From Podarcis muralis (lineage: Eukaryota), in NCBI RefSeq assembly GCF_964188315.1, contig NC_135659.1, positions 50,902,001 through 50,966,000 of the forward strand: 64,000 nt of DNA, read 5' to 3'. Positions within the stretch are counted from its first letter, which is position 1. Each line of letters starts with the position of its first letter. Shown piece after piece: positions 21,668-34,648 of this stretch. The translations under genes and the position numbers were made by a program. The notes beneath the pieces were generated by a model. The model saw nothing but the letters and a program-made list of their open reading frames with translations, did no database searches and was not told where the DNA came from.

Positions 21668-24600
21668 TTAGTTCTGCTTGGAGAAGTACTCTCTACTCTT
21701 CTGAACATCAGGCTTGATAGTGTCTTTCCCAGGATGCCAGCCAGCAGGACACACTGAGGAGATAATAATATTAACTTTTAAGTTACTCCTGGAGTACAGA
21801 CCGAAAACAGCATACAAAGAACTAAGTTGTTATGTCCATCACTAGACTTCACACAAGATGACTTGGATCACTACAACCTCCGTCATCTATTTGACTAACT
21901 TCTGGAACTAGCAGCAGTCACCACCCAATCTCTCCTACAGATGGGCTTCTTGATGCAATTGTGTACCTGAGATGTACAGGACAGCTGCCTCTTGGAAAAA
22001 CTGAAGTGATTCACAGCTTATGCATCTAAAATACTAGCCAAATAAATGCCTGACAGCAACAAAAGACTGAAATAATGACTGAGAGCAGGGAGGTTGGATG
22101 GAATACAGGCCAGAGCTGAGAGCGAAAGACTAGTATTATGTGTCCATTGAAAAATAACAGCTGAAAGAGCCGCTTTGAGGGACTGAATGAAATGGGAATG
22201 AGTTTAGAGAACCAATGAGAGGCATATGTAGAAAAGGATAGACATTATGAAAGTTAGAACAGTCTGTACACGTTATGTTCCTTAAGTAAATACATGTTTC
22301 TGTTTTAACTGTTCTGGTCAGGGTAGAGTCTAACATAAATATATCTCACTGACTAAGAATATAAAGGAGGAGCCCTATTGCTTTCTGTAATTAAATAGGT
22401 GGTTGATGCAGGTATTTTAAGGAAAGTCTTGATTCAGTGAAAAAGGAGGATTGCCCTTAGTGGCCACCTGGAAACAAACCTTTGCAAGGGAGCCTGCGAA
22501 TATCATAATATGGTGGGCAATGTGGCGGAATAGTAATATATACGAGTTATAACTGACATTTATTTGTTGGCAGTAGGGAAGAAAAGGGGGCATGTTGTGC
22601 CCTGAGGGGGCACAAAATATACCATATTTTTCTGTGTACAAGTCTAGGTTTTTTCCCCTAAAAAATTATGTTAAAAATTAGGGGGCGTCTTATATATGGA
22701 TAGTGCTGAGGTTGGACTAGCGATTGGTTGTTGCTGCAAAAATACATGGGGGTGTCTTATAGTCGGAAAAATATGGTATGTTCTGTAGGAAATGGCTTCA
22801 AACAAGAATCCCACAGAGAAGACAAGCAAATAATGTGAGGTGCCAACGCTTTCCCTAACACAGCAGCCCCCAAATGCAACATTTGAGATTTCTTCCCATG
22901 GGAATGAATGGTAGCTACTCACTTATGTGGGAAAATGCTACTGTGTATATGGGATACTGTCTTTACAGGGACAGCAGTTACTGTCTACCTCTGCCTCTAG
23001 TTTCTCGGTGGAAAGATGTTCTGCCCCTCCACCAGCTGTCAATACTATCTCTTATTTGTCCTGTAGATATGGCTAGAAACAAGAGAGACTCTTAAAAGCC
23101 TATTTCTATTTGCCTATTCCCGGACTTTATTTTAGCCATACAAGATGCTACTCAGGAACTGCATTTTTATCAATGAGATACTCTTTTAGAGAACTACAGT
23201 GGTACCTCGGGTTAAGTACTTAATTTGTTCCAGAGGTCCGTTCTTAATCTGAAACTGTTCTTAACCTGAAGCACCACTTTAGCTAACAGGGCCTCCTGCT
23301 GCTGCCGCGCCGCCGGAGCACGATTTCTGTTCTCAACCTGAAGCAAAGTTCTTAACCCGAAGCACTATTTCTGGGTTAGTGGAGTCTGTAACCTGAAGCT
23401 TATGTAACCCAAGGTACCACTGTATAGTCCTAGATTTTCACATTTATGTTTCTTTAAACATAGTATCCCCTTTTGCAGGGAAGAGGATACACTATGAACT
23501 GTTAAGTGCATCCTCCTTTTTCACTGAGAAACTTAACGGCAGTTCATGCTTGCCTAGCCTGAACATGACAGTCTTACCTTCTCCATGTTTGTCTGTAAAC
23601 TGAAAAGCCTGAACTAGCCGGAGTGTTTCATCAACTGAGCGACCAACAGGGAGATCATTGATTGTGATCTGGCGTAAGATTCCCTTATCATCAATGATGA
23701 AGAGGCCCCTAAAGAGAAAAGGCACACACACACACAAACACTTAAATGTATGGTGGCAGAATCCAAAAAACTACAAGCTAGCATTCAATACCAAGTTCTG
23801 TCCCCTTTTAGTTCTTCTGAAAACATCAAAACCAGTTCTCTTAAGATCTGGTACAACTTCTACCCTATATATAAATTAAAAGCAAAACTATATGGAGACT
23901 CATTTGCAATTCCAAGCACTAAAACCTATATAGAACATTTCATAAAGGAATGTGGTAAAACTTCCTACGTACAGACTCTTTACCTTTCACCCTTCAAGAG
24001 ACTTCTAATTTGAATGTTCAAACTTTTGTTACAAGATACGAGCACTATTCTAAAGAACAGTGTTTAAATTTGAATTGGTGTTTTTCAACCCAGGTGCTGA
24101 TAGCGGATCTGGGAAGATGCCAAACGGAGATTGCACATTCACTTTCCTCTTCCCAGTGAAAAGGACATTCATAATTAAGGGCAGCCTTATCAACAGAGCT
24201 AGTAAAGTGTGCATGTTGACTCAAAACTTGCATCACTTATTTTCTGTGGGCTTCTCCCTCTGATTAAGTTTTATCTTTTAGAACCTTTATCATGCAGTGC
24301 TCTATATACCACAAGTCACTAAGAGGCTGCAGTGGTAACCTTACCTGTAGGAAATGCCTTCATCTTCTTTTAATACTCCATACTTTTTAGAAATTTCACG
24401 GTTTGTGTCAGACACCAAGGGAATACGCATGCAGCCTAGTCCACCCTGTTTTTTGGGTGTGTTGATCCTGTTAACAAGAAGAAGAAAGGCTTTTATAAAG
24501 CAGGTTAGTATTTCAGTAATATCCTTGTCCTTCTGTACACTTACACATTCGACTGCAGCAGAATATCTAAGAGATTCAGTGGTCTTTGCAAAAAAGGCAG

Positions 24601-26111
24601 TGACCCAAAACTTTCTGTCTAGTTTCAAGCGCATGTCACTGGAGTGGTGTGGGAACAGCTTGCTATTGGTCTGGTTCCACACTGCTCCAATAAAGGAAAC
24701 CCACATGGTTCTTACCATTCTTACCATAATGGCCAGAGAAGCAGCTTCATTGGGTCTAAGGTTACAGCTCAAGCTGCTCAAGTTCAGGGACTTAAGATGA
24801 CTACACTTAAAAAGCTACAGGACCGGATCAGAACAGGATTGTGAAGGGTGGGCAAAAAACCCTTAACCAACCCCCTTTCTAGCACAAATTGATTTGTGAG
24901 CAGGATGGTGTTTTCTCTCTCTTGCACAGGACATGAGGCTGGGTTAGGGGGGAAAAGAAATAGCTGGCAATAGTTACTTGTTGGTAGCTGCTTCTTTCAT
25001 CCATTTAACAGGCTTATAACTTTTAATGTAGGAGACCCCCAGAGAATAAAAAGGCTTAGGTCCAAATATTCTTACCAGGCAAGATGGCAAAAGTGAGAGT
25101 CGACAGAAGCACCAATCACTTCACAGTTGATTTTTCTAAACTCCTCAGATCTGTCACTGAATGCAATGATCTCAGTTGGGCAGACAAAGGTAAAGTCAAG
25201 TGGATAGAAGAAGAACACAACATATTTCCCTGGAGAAGAAGGTAACAAGTTAAGATTCCCACTACAGCAAAGCTGGAAGCAATTCAAAAGTCACAAATTT
25301 CTGATTCCAAACATTAACAGCTTTGTGGCATTCTACCCCAGAGGTGAGGAGCCTTTTTTGGCATGGCAGGCCAGTTGTTTATCTTCTGCCACCATGGCTA
25401 GCAAACTTTGCACACGATCACCTTACTTGTCAGTCATCTGATGTCATACTGGCACCAGTTGATTTGACAGGTGAGTTGGCCCACTAGGGAGGGGAAGAGA
25501 GAGCTATATACATCACAAAGCAGGATTGAACTCCCTGGGCATCTGCCACACCTGAGGTCACATATGGGGCAGGTGGGTGTGGTTTAAGAAAAACAGCCTA
25601 GTGAGCCTAGTTTGGACTGTAGGCCGAAAGTTTCCCACCCATGCTCTCTTCTCTCCTTGATCTCCAAATAAACAAAAGAAGTGCTGCAAATAAAAGTCAT
25701 AACTATTTTCTTCCAAACTAGCAGAAGTGACACATGCAAGGACAACAAAATGACACATGCAAGGACAACAAAATACTAGAACAAAATAGGGTACCTACAT
25801 GCAGATGTGTTAGTAACTTTCTGAGGACTTATTTGCAATACTATCCAATGCATTTTTGTGAATGCCAACAAAACTTCCATTTCAGAATCAAAGAAGGTTA
25901 TGTTGTTAGTCCAGACAGTTAAGTTAGGTTTTTATACATGTCACATACTTATCAGTACCTCAATAAACCCTTGCCTACAAATACAACATGCTTTATTGCA
26001 CTTACCTTTGTACTGAGAGAGTGAGATTTCTTTGAATTGCCCATCTGGCATTACAGCCGTGGCCAGAAAGTCTGGGGCTGGCTTCCCAATGTGAGCATCT
26101 CCTGCTGACAT
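21668..26111 (-). CDS. PRDX1: Peroxiredoxin-1, 199 aa
   Basis: Exons 26111-26006, 25229-25076, 24467-24345, 23708-23578 and 21753-21668 total 600 nt, all [17 protein letters not shown] (peroxidatic Cys52), GGLG, GEVCPAGW (resolving Cys173) and the YF motif are present. Confidence 0.97.
22622..22776. mobile_element. Tc1/mariner (Tc2-like) MITE
   Basis: TIR CCATATTTTTC / GAAAAATATGG with TA flanks. Confidence 0.8.
23197..23422. mobile_element. Tigger-like MITE, copy 2
   Basis: CAGTGGTACCT TIRs, TA flanks. Near-identical to 37145-37370 and the reverse complement of 3426-3650. Confidence 0.9.
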
Positions 26112-26571
26112 TCTGACTGGAGCTGGAGAAAGTTTGAACTTGTTAGGTTCTGTGGCTTTTACGATGACCCCCCCCCCAGAAGAGGAAACCCATTAGCAAA
26201 AGTTTAGCATACATTTAAAATACAATTTAGAATGTGCTGGACTGAAGAGAACTACTGTAGGTTTGTCAAGATATTGTAGGAACAACTATTTCATTATCTC
26301 AGTATTTGGACCAAAAGGAAAAGAACCTTCACTATCTGTATATTCAATACTTTTTAAAAACACAATCGATATAGCACACAAAACAGATGTTAAATGTTCC
26401 ACATGCTTTAATTTAAGCAGTATCTGCTGAGTTATAAACTCCATGGGTACAAGTAAGTAAACTCTACTTTTACCATTCAGTATCTACTCTGCAGCACGGG
26501 GGAACCTTCAGCCCAAGAGGTTATTTCAGGCAAGCAAGCCAAGCCTATACTCTTTGATTTCAAACTACGTA

Positions 26572-27054
26572 TCGTATTTTTCGCCCCATAGGATGCACTG
26601 CCCTATAGGGCGCACCTAGTTTCTTTTTTTTTGGGGGGGGGGGATAAAGAAAAAAAATTATTTCCCCCCCCCCAGGCACGGGGCTGGCGCGGGGGAAGCC
26701 CGAGCTTCCCCCGACCCCAGAACAGCCTGCTATCCGCAAGCCTAGGGAGCCACGCCAGTCTCCCCAGGCTTGCGGAGAGCTGTGCGAAGCCCGGGCGCGC
26801 TCTTCAGTGCGCCCGAGGCTTCAGAATGCAGGCAGCTCTGCGCAACCTTAGGGAGCCCGGCGCGGCTTCCCGCCGAGCTCCCGAGGGTTGCGCAGAGCTT
26901 CCTGAAGCCTGGAGAGCGAGAGGGGTTGGTGTGCACCGACCCCTCTCGCTCTCCAGGCTTCAGCGAAAACCTGTATTCGCCCCATAGGACGCACACACAT
27001 TTCCCCTTCATTTTTGGAGGGCAAAAAGTGCATCCTATAGGGCGAAAAATACAG
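26572..27054. mobile_element. Tc2-like MITE with internal foldback
   Basis: TIR-like (T/C)CGTATTTTTCGCCC...ATAGGATGCAC / GTGCATCCTATAGGGCGAAAAATACAG, TA flanks. Internal perfect 24-bp inverted repeat 26902-26925 / 26940-26963. Confidence 0.85.
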
Positions 27055-27497
27055 TACATGGGCAAAGGAAAGCGGCCCCACCCACCAAAGTTGAACTGCA
27101 GAGTATGAAGTTGCAATAGGAGTCATAGGGCCCCTCTGCCAAAGGTTTGCATAAATAATGATGAGAAAGGCCAAATGCCATCATGCATGCCGCCAGAAAT
27201 TCATTTTAAAATATGTGATTCAACTAAGTTTATGTTGCCACATAATTTTAAATATCTGAACCTTAACACAACCAAATTTTCTACTGTGATTGCAGCCAAG
27301 CATCACACTGCATTAGCATAGTTTTTAAGATCTAATAAGACTCAAGAGTACATACCAATCACCTTTAAATGCCAACATTAATTGTCTCAACAGAGCAGAA
27401 GAAGATTAGATGTGTACATCCTGCCATCTTTAAGCAAACTGGAAAGATACTGAGGGAAGCACTCAGTCAAGTGTAAATGTATCAATTTTGTTTTATT

Positions 27498-27680
27498 CAT
27501 AGATTCACAGAACTGTAGAGTTGCAAGAGACCCTCAAGGGTCATCTAGTCCAGCCCCATGCAGTGCAGAAATCTCAGCTAAAGCATCCATGACAGATGGG
27601 CATCCAACCTCCACTTCAAAACCTCCAAGGAAGGAGAATCCACAACCTCCCAAGAAAGTCTGTTCCACTGTCCAACAAGA
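27498..27680 (-). mobile_element. CR1 LINE 3' end
   Basis: ATAGATTCACAGAACTGTAGAGTTGCAAGAGACCCTCAAGGGTCATCTAGTCCAGCCC is the reverse complement of a CR1 3' terminus. Confidence 0.75.
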
Positions 27681-29759
27681 GACACTTCAAGGGATAATCT
27701 ATACTAACAATAGGAACATGAAACTTAACAGCATTCTGTAGAACAAGAGTGGCTATTCTCCAGTTTAGGGCCTAATCCAACCCTCCCACAAGCATTTTTC
27801 CCCTTCCCACCATCACCCATTGATTTGACAGGTGAGTTGGCCCACTAGGGAGGGGAAGAGAGAGGCAAAATGAAAAAAATATTAGATGCAGAACTGGGTT
27901 GGGGAGTGGAAAACTGTACCCTCTAGACTAAAATCATTTTAGACTAAAATCATTTATAAAAGTATTTATATACCACCATCTGCTAAAGTATCAAGGTAAG
28001 TATATAATAAAATGCAAAACTATTAAAAATATAAAATTAAAAGTAATGTGAAATATGCATTCTAAGCATATTTAATAAGGATGGCTGCAAACAGTTCCCA
28101 AAGGAGCAATCTGATAACCACATGAGGAGTAATAATTCCCCTTCAGGTGATCTGCCTGGATCAGCTGCATAGGGAGGGTTGTCTGACTCTGAGTGCATGC
28201 ACATGTATGTGAAAGTGTGTACAGCCTTTGGGCCAAAAAAATAAAAAGGAATTTTAAACCACAATACATTTTAGTGGCTTTAGTAGCTCCTCATCAGTGA
28301 TTGAGGCGCATTTTGTGACAGGGAATTTCATTAGGGTAAGCAGTTTCTGAGCTCTGGGCGCAGTACTGCACCTAAGATTTCAGAATAAAAATGCAGAGTG
28401 GAAGGAAAGGAGGACCTTTTTCTGCTTCTCCACTTCTAGCTACTCTCTGAAGACTGGAGAAGAGACCCTCTTAAGAATATTAGGGGAAGGACTAGACCAT
28501 GTGAAAAATGAACATAACATTTTAGCTGCAGTTCATTTATTTTCAGCTTTGTATTCTTGTTACAAAAAAGTGAGCCTAAACATTCCGTTGTGGCACCCAT
28601 AACCTAGGTTTAAGGCGCCATTTAGCTCTGAGCTTTCATATCTCAGTTTCTAACACTGTTCCCCATACAACTTGGCTCTAGCACAAGGAAATAACAGCTG
28701 CGTTATTTTAAAAGTAAGCCTTGAGATTAGCTGTGTAATGCACAAGAAGTATTCCAAGTATAAACTTAGTACATCCCAAAACAGGCAACGGTGCACAAAT
28801 CAGAGTTCCAGATGATCATATCAACTTAACCCCCAATATGCCAAAAATAATAGTAACACTACTCAAATCAGTGCAATTAACTTTAAACGGTTTAGTTTTC
28901 CATTACGCAATTGTATGGAAATGAAACCGATAAGAGGAAACTCGTTCATAACTAGCTAGCCTTCGCCCATTTCAACTCTCTTGCACACTGTGCGTCCTGT
29001 TCATTCGCTCAATTCCATGGAGCTCAGTAGCACCTTTTCAGGTACCTGAGCCCAGGGCTACAACCTTACTCTATAATTACATTTAAAAACTGCCACCTCT
29101 CGTGGAACACAATACAACGGCCCCTAACCCGCGGAAGTAGCAGCCTTCCAACTCCCAAATTCCTTATTTTGTGTCCAAGCATCCCAACCTCTCTCCCTAC
29201 CAAGATAAATGCAGCTTCACGCCCAACCAAACCCACCATCAGCCCATTGAAACGACCAGCGGAAGGAGCCGGCGGGCAGCCCAACAGCAGCAGGCGCGGC
29301 CAGAACCGCGACGTCCTTTGAAGTTCATTGACTTAATAGCGCAATTTCACTTAATAGCTCGGGCGTCGATCGCACCCAGAGCTTTTCCCCACCCTGCAGG
29401 CTGCACTTCCCAACTTCCGAGCCTCTTTAAACCGGGATCTTTTGTTGCGCCAGGAAACCGAGGCGAAGAAAAACGAAGTGAAGTTCGACCAAGGCAGGAA
29501 ACTGAACTCAGCTCAGCTCTCCCTCCACCTGTTGGGCTACCAGGCGGCGGGGAGCAAAGCCCAGCTAAGTTACACACAAACACAGAGATCTCCATCAGGA
29601 AACAGTCTACAATTAATTTGACACACAAAACAGCAAATCTCAAATACTATAAGGAAGCACATTCTATTACAGCAAACGAACAAAACCTTTACGAACTGCA
29701 AGCCAGCCCTGCCCTGGCCCAGATTCTCATTTTGGACGGCGGAGAGAGGTATGCTTTAC

Positions 29760-29970
29760 CTAATGCGAAATTATCCGCTTCCTCAAATATTCTCTTGCCG
29801 CTCCCGGCTCGAAACAAAAAAAGATCCAGCCCTGCAGGCAGTGCCCCTTCTATTTTATACCTTCTCAACTCTCGCGAGAGCACGAAGCCGAAGAACTTGT
29901 CGGTTGGCGCCTCCTTCCCGGCTCTCCTGCTTTCTGGCGTAGCTGCTGCGCCAGCATGACTTTGCATTTT
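29760..29970 (-). promoter_or_regulatory. PRDX1: PRDX1 promoter and non-coding exon 1 (TATA box, ARE)
   Basis: Minus-strand TATAAAA at 29859-29853, donor TAG|GTAAAG at 29760/29759, ARE ATGACTTTGCA at 29956-29966, CpG-rich context. Confidence 0.7.
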
Positions 29971-30291
29971 GCCGCTTTTTGTTCGCCAGCATAACTTTTG
30001 GTGGTGCTGGTTTTAGAATCGGGTGTTGTTGTTTTTTGTAGTTGGTGGTGGGTGGGAATCAGGGCCAACTGTACTGCACAGATCTTGATAGTTTTTTGAG
30101 GAAAGGTGCCCCCTCCCCTTCGACAAATCGCGTGGGGAGGAGAAGAAACGTGAATTCCAGCTTCAGAGTGATGGTTGCATTAGACTCGTGTTTTATGGGT
30201 GATGCAAACCAGGCATGACTACAAAGCGGCGGCGAAGGTGGTTGCAGTCGTTTCACTGAAACTGTGTTGTGCAACCAATCTGAATTGAAAA

Positions 30292-30321
30292 TGCAAAGTC
30301 ATGTGAAAAATGCAAAGTCAA
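30292..30321 (-). promoter_or_regulatory. Tandem antioxidant response elements upstream of PRDX1
   Basis: TGCAAAGTCAT (30292-30302) and TGCAAAGTCAA (30311-30321), i.e. (A/T)TGACTTTGCA on the minus strand. Confidence 0.6.
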
Positions 30322-30995
30322 AAGACAGTTTGCTGTGTGAAAGGGAAGGACTTGGGGATTTGCCCAGTTAACACCACAGCTCGGTCACAACGATGGTGCT
30401 TGAGCGAAACTTGGGTCACATAAGGAATTCTGTTTTCAGATAGATATGTCACGTTGGCTGTCACATACCTCTGTTGCAAAAATGTGGAAACCTCGTGGAT
30501 TCTATTCATTCCTGTGATCCTTCATTTCACAACTTTAGTTTTTGGTGTAGACATGTACATTGCTTCTGCCTAGTTGGGTTCCTGCCATACAATTTACAAC
30601 TGAACTCCTGTTCCTTGCTGACACAGGAATAGCCATAATATATTTATTTAAGGATCATACCAAAGGCCTGTCCAGTATCATGTTCCCCACAATGCACAAT
30701 CAGGTGCGCCCTGGGAGGCCAAAAGCAGGAGGTGAGAACACATCCCTCTGCCTTTGTTACTCTAGAGCAGAAGTATCAAGGTACTTCTGAACCTGTAAGT
30801 GATATATAATCAACATGACTAACAATAGCTACCTACAGTCTCCCATCTTCCTCTATAATGAACTCAGAATTGCTGTCCCACATAAAGCAAAAGACAATGG
30901 CCTGTAAATCCTGAATACAAGCAGCATTCGTACACAAAATTCTCCATTTTGTGTCCAAGCATCCCAGACAACACACTGTTAACAATATGAGTAGT

Positions 30996-31307
30996 AAGGG
31001 TAAAGGGACCCCTGACTGTTAGGTCCAGTCGTGGATGATTCTGGGGTTGCAGCGCTCATCTCGCTTTATTGGCCGAGGGAGCCGGCGTACAGCCAGCATG
31101 ACTAAGCCGCTTCTGGCGAACCAGAGCAGCGCACAGAAACGCCGTTTACCATCCTACCGGAGCAGTACCTATTTATCTACTTGCACTCTGACGTGCTTTT
31201 GAACTGCTAGGTTGGCAGGAGCTGGGACCAAGCAATGGGAGCTCACCGCCAGCCTTCTGATTGGCAAGTCCTAGGCCCGGTAGTTTAGACCACAGTGCCA
31301 CCTGCGT
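30996..31307 (-). mobile_element. Sauria SINE (internally deleted)
   Basis: Reverse complement has CGCAGGTGGCACTGTGGTCTAAAC head, GTGCAAGTAGATAAATAGGTAC core and CCCTTTACCCTT tail. Confidence 0.85.
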
Positions 31308-34300
31308 TGTAGTAGTACTAGCACCTATTTTTTTTACTAGAAAATGCACTGATTGTAAGTAGTATAAAATTCAATAAAATTGCTTTGTCAGTTTTCTGCT
31401 GGAATTACAACACTGAATAGCCAATAGTTCTGTTCAAACAGGTTTTATAAAATGGGAGTTGCCTGGATGTGGATTTGTTCATAATCCTAGTTTACCCTTG
31501 GGCTGTTAGTGGTGAGAGAATGTTACTTTACCCTCAGAGGCATACACTATTATTAACCATTGATGTGCACATTATCCTGCAAGGCCAAATAAAGCCACAT
31601 TTTCAGTCACTTAAACTGTAACTGCAAGCAAACAGAAACTCAGTATTTTGTTGATTTAGCAAAAAACAACATTATCAACAGTGTTTGCAAGATACCAGTG
31701 CCATATTTCCTTGTAACCAGGGAGGCGGCATGTTACTGGATAATCTATTTTTCCTATTTTAAGGTTAATTATTTTAAAACCTCTGCTATTTATTAGTTAG
31801 TCTTATTCACATGAGCCATTCTCTTGTCAGTGTTACTTCATGCTACTTCAAATAACTTATTCATCTGTTCTCTTCAATTCAGGTATTTATTGTTGCTTTA
31901 TTTTCTCTCTGCTCAACTTTCTTCCTTATGCAACTTTTCTGTTCCTTTCCTCTGGGATATCTCTTTTTTACTTTGATTCCAAGAGACAGATAACACTGTG
32001 GAGAAGTAATCATGTGAGAAGCCAAATGGGGATTTGTTTCTGTACCTCTGAGAGGTATGGATTTGGGCCAAATGACTACAGTAATCACGAAGGTCGACTG
32101 AGAGAGGAATAATGAATCATTTCAGAGGCAAATAACACCTGCCCCAAGTCCCAGTTGCCTTTAAATGCATGTCAGTGTTTCCATTTTTTAAACATTTATT
32201 GAAACAATATTTCAGTTTTAATGCTATGCTACTTCTCAGATACAGGCTGCTTTAACATTATTGTAAAGAATCAAGAGTTTGAATTAGTATGTCTTATGGA
32301 ATAACAACACTCAGGACTGGTGATTATATAATCCAGGAGGAGGAAAAACGAGATGGGCAAACTAATTCAATAAATGTTTACTCAGAAGTAAGACACACAA
32401 AAAGTTCAATGCATACTACCAAGTAGGTTTGAACTCATTGAACTCAGTGAGGCTTACTTATGGATAACCAGGTTTAGTACTGAAACACTGTGCTAGATTA
32501 GAAGTATGACTGAACTGATCCACTATGATTTTTTTCATGGATTATGTTGCAAGAATAATGATCTGAAACTCAGTGTTTAATTCTTTTAAAAACATAATAT
32601 TATACAGGATAATATTCTTATCGTTTGGGTTTATGTTTAACTTTATTTTATATTATTTGAACAGTGTATCTGAAATTCACGACTATAAAATGCTAATCTG
32701 AGGGGGGAAAGGAATGATGGATTAATCAATAACAGCAGAATTAATGTCTAAAGTCCAAGCCACATGTACAAGTGTGCAAAATAGTAAGGAATGTGTCACA
32801 TATTACCAACTCCCTATACAAAAGGAAATTAATGTATTTATTCATAAATGTAAATTATATAATATCTCTCTGTGTAAATTCATAATCTAAAGAGGTCTAG
32901 AAACTATCCATTAAAAGTATCAATTAGGGAGATCTAGAAAACAATCTGGATTTTTTTAAACTAAGTGAAAGAACCGGAGCTGGTACAAGACTTTTTGCTG
33001 CCTGATGCAGAAAAGCAAATCAAAAAACACTACCACCACCCAATCCCTAAGGCTGGCCAAGTTATTTTGACACCAGAAGCAGAAAATCCCACATGTAGTA
33101 CATCTCCCTTGGAGTAAAAATACAATAACAATACATTAAATATCTTAAAAATTTTGCTACTCTTTCATGACACGCAATATCATCTGTCTGAGGCTGCTTC
33201 CTCACTCTACTTAATGTTACAACAGGTTCGGGGTGGGGGGAGAGGAATGCAGGTGTTACTGCACATGATTTATCTCCTTAAATTACTTCATATGCTAGTG
33301 GTCTACTAATGTGAGCCATATAATCTCTTCAGTGGGAGTTCATGAAGGGTCACAGGAACTACATTCATAATAAGAATTACTGTATACCAAGATACAGTGT
33401 TTCTAACTATTTTACAATTTATTATGGTTCATATTATGAATTGGATATATATGGGGGCACCAAAATATTTTAAGTGCTTAGGGCCTCTAAAACTCTTAAT
33501 CTGGCCCTGCCCAGATGACAAGCCCCACTTCTTGGCCTCGCTGATGTGATCCAAAGGAAAGCAGGGCAATACATTGGGCACCAGCTTGGCTGCAGGAGTT
33601 GCTGGAAGGAGTTGTACAAGATGCCATCCAGCCATTTTAGGGATTCCAATCCAGATTTGTGTAGTTTAATTCTTAGCCTTATCTTCTCCCTAAGATGTCC
33701 TGCAAGGCAGCGGGTAAGGAGGACAAATATAGACTTGATTATCAATGGCTGAGTTTGTCAGAAGCAAGTAGCAGATTGAGACTGCAATCCTAACTCTATT
33801 TACGTGATAGCAAGTCCATGCTGAATATCGTAGGGTTTACTTCTGAGTAGGCATGGTTGGTACTGCATTCTTGATCTCCAACCCATCTACGTAAATGAGG
33901 CCTGGTGTCTGTTGAAATTCCTTTATCCACACAACTCTTAGGTGCAAGAGTCCTATCCTCTTGCATCTGGCTACCTGTATACAGTATATAAATGAATGAT
34001 TTCTATTCACACTTGTGGAGAAAGGTAAAGTATTACATTTGAAAACAATTGCGTAGGGAAGGTAAAACATGCCTGCTCCAGAGACTAGACCCAGCCTCCA
34101 TTGCCAAGGGGTCTCACTCCTTACCACATTGTGCAATTATGACTAAAACAATGCCTATTATTATGATAGGTGGAGAAGATAAGGAAGAAATGTTTGTATT
34201 TTACAAAAACTTAATAAATTTTATTTCTTTGTCATACTGGGGAGGAGGGACGTGTCACTTCAGCCCATTCACACAACGAAATAATGCATGTGGGAGATGC

Positions 34301-34399
34301 AGCGTCAGCACTGTGTAGCTCAATTCACTGACAGCTATGCATTTTGCATTCACGTGAAGAGCCCTTGGCATATACTGACATATATATTTACACAGCCAG

Positions 34400-34430
<31 letters not shown>

Positions 34431-34437
34431 TGTGTGT
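34400..34437. repeat. (GT)n microsatellite
   Basis: About 18 GT units, one interrupted. Confidence 0.95.
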
Positions 34438-34648
34438 AGGATCCCAGAAACCATGGGTGGAACAAGAGCTCTACCTGCACACATATGTATGTGAGGTGAT
34501 AGTGGGACCCATGACAGGACTACACACTTCAACCTCCACAAACTGCTTTACCATTAAAAAAAGGATGTGAGTGGGTTCAAGCGAGTGGATTCAAGCATGA
34601 CTGGAAGTAGAATATAAGGTGGGGTATGTGTAGATAAAGGGGTGTAAC

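Noticed and set aside
29171-29959. 262-aa plus-strand ORF
   Set aside because: Starts at GTG, is antisense to PRDX1 exon 1/intron 1 in a CpG island, and has no known motifs.
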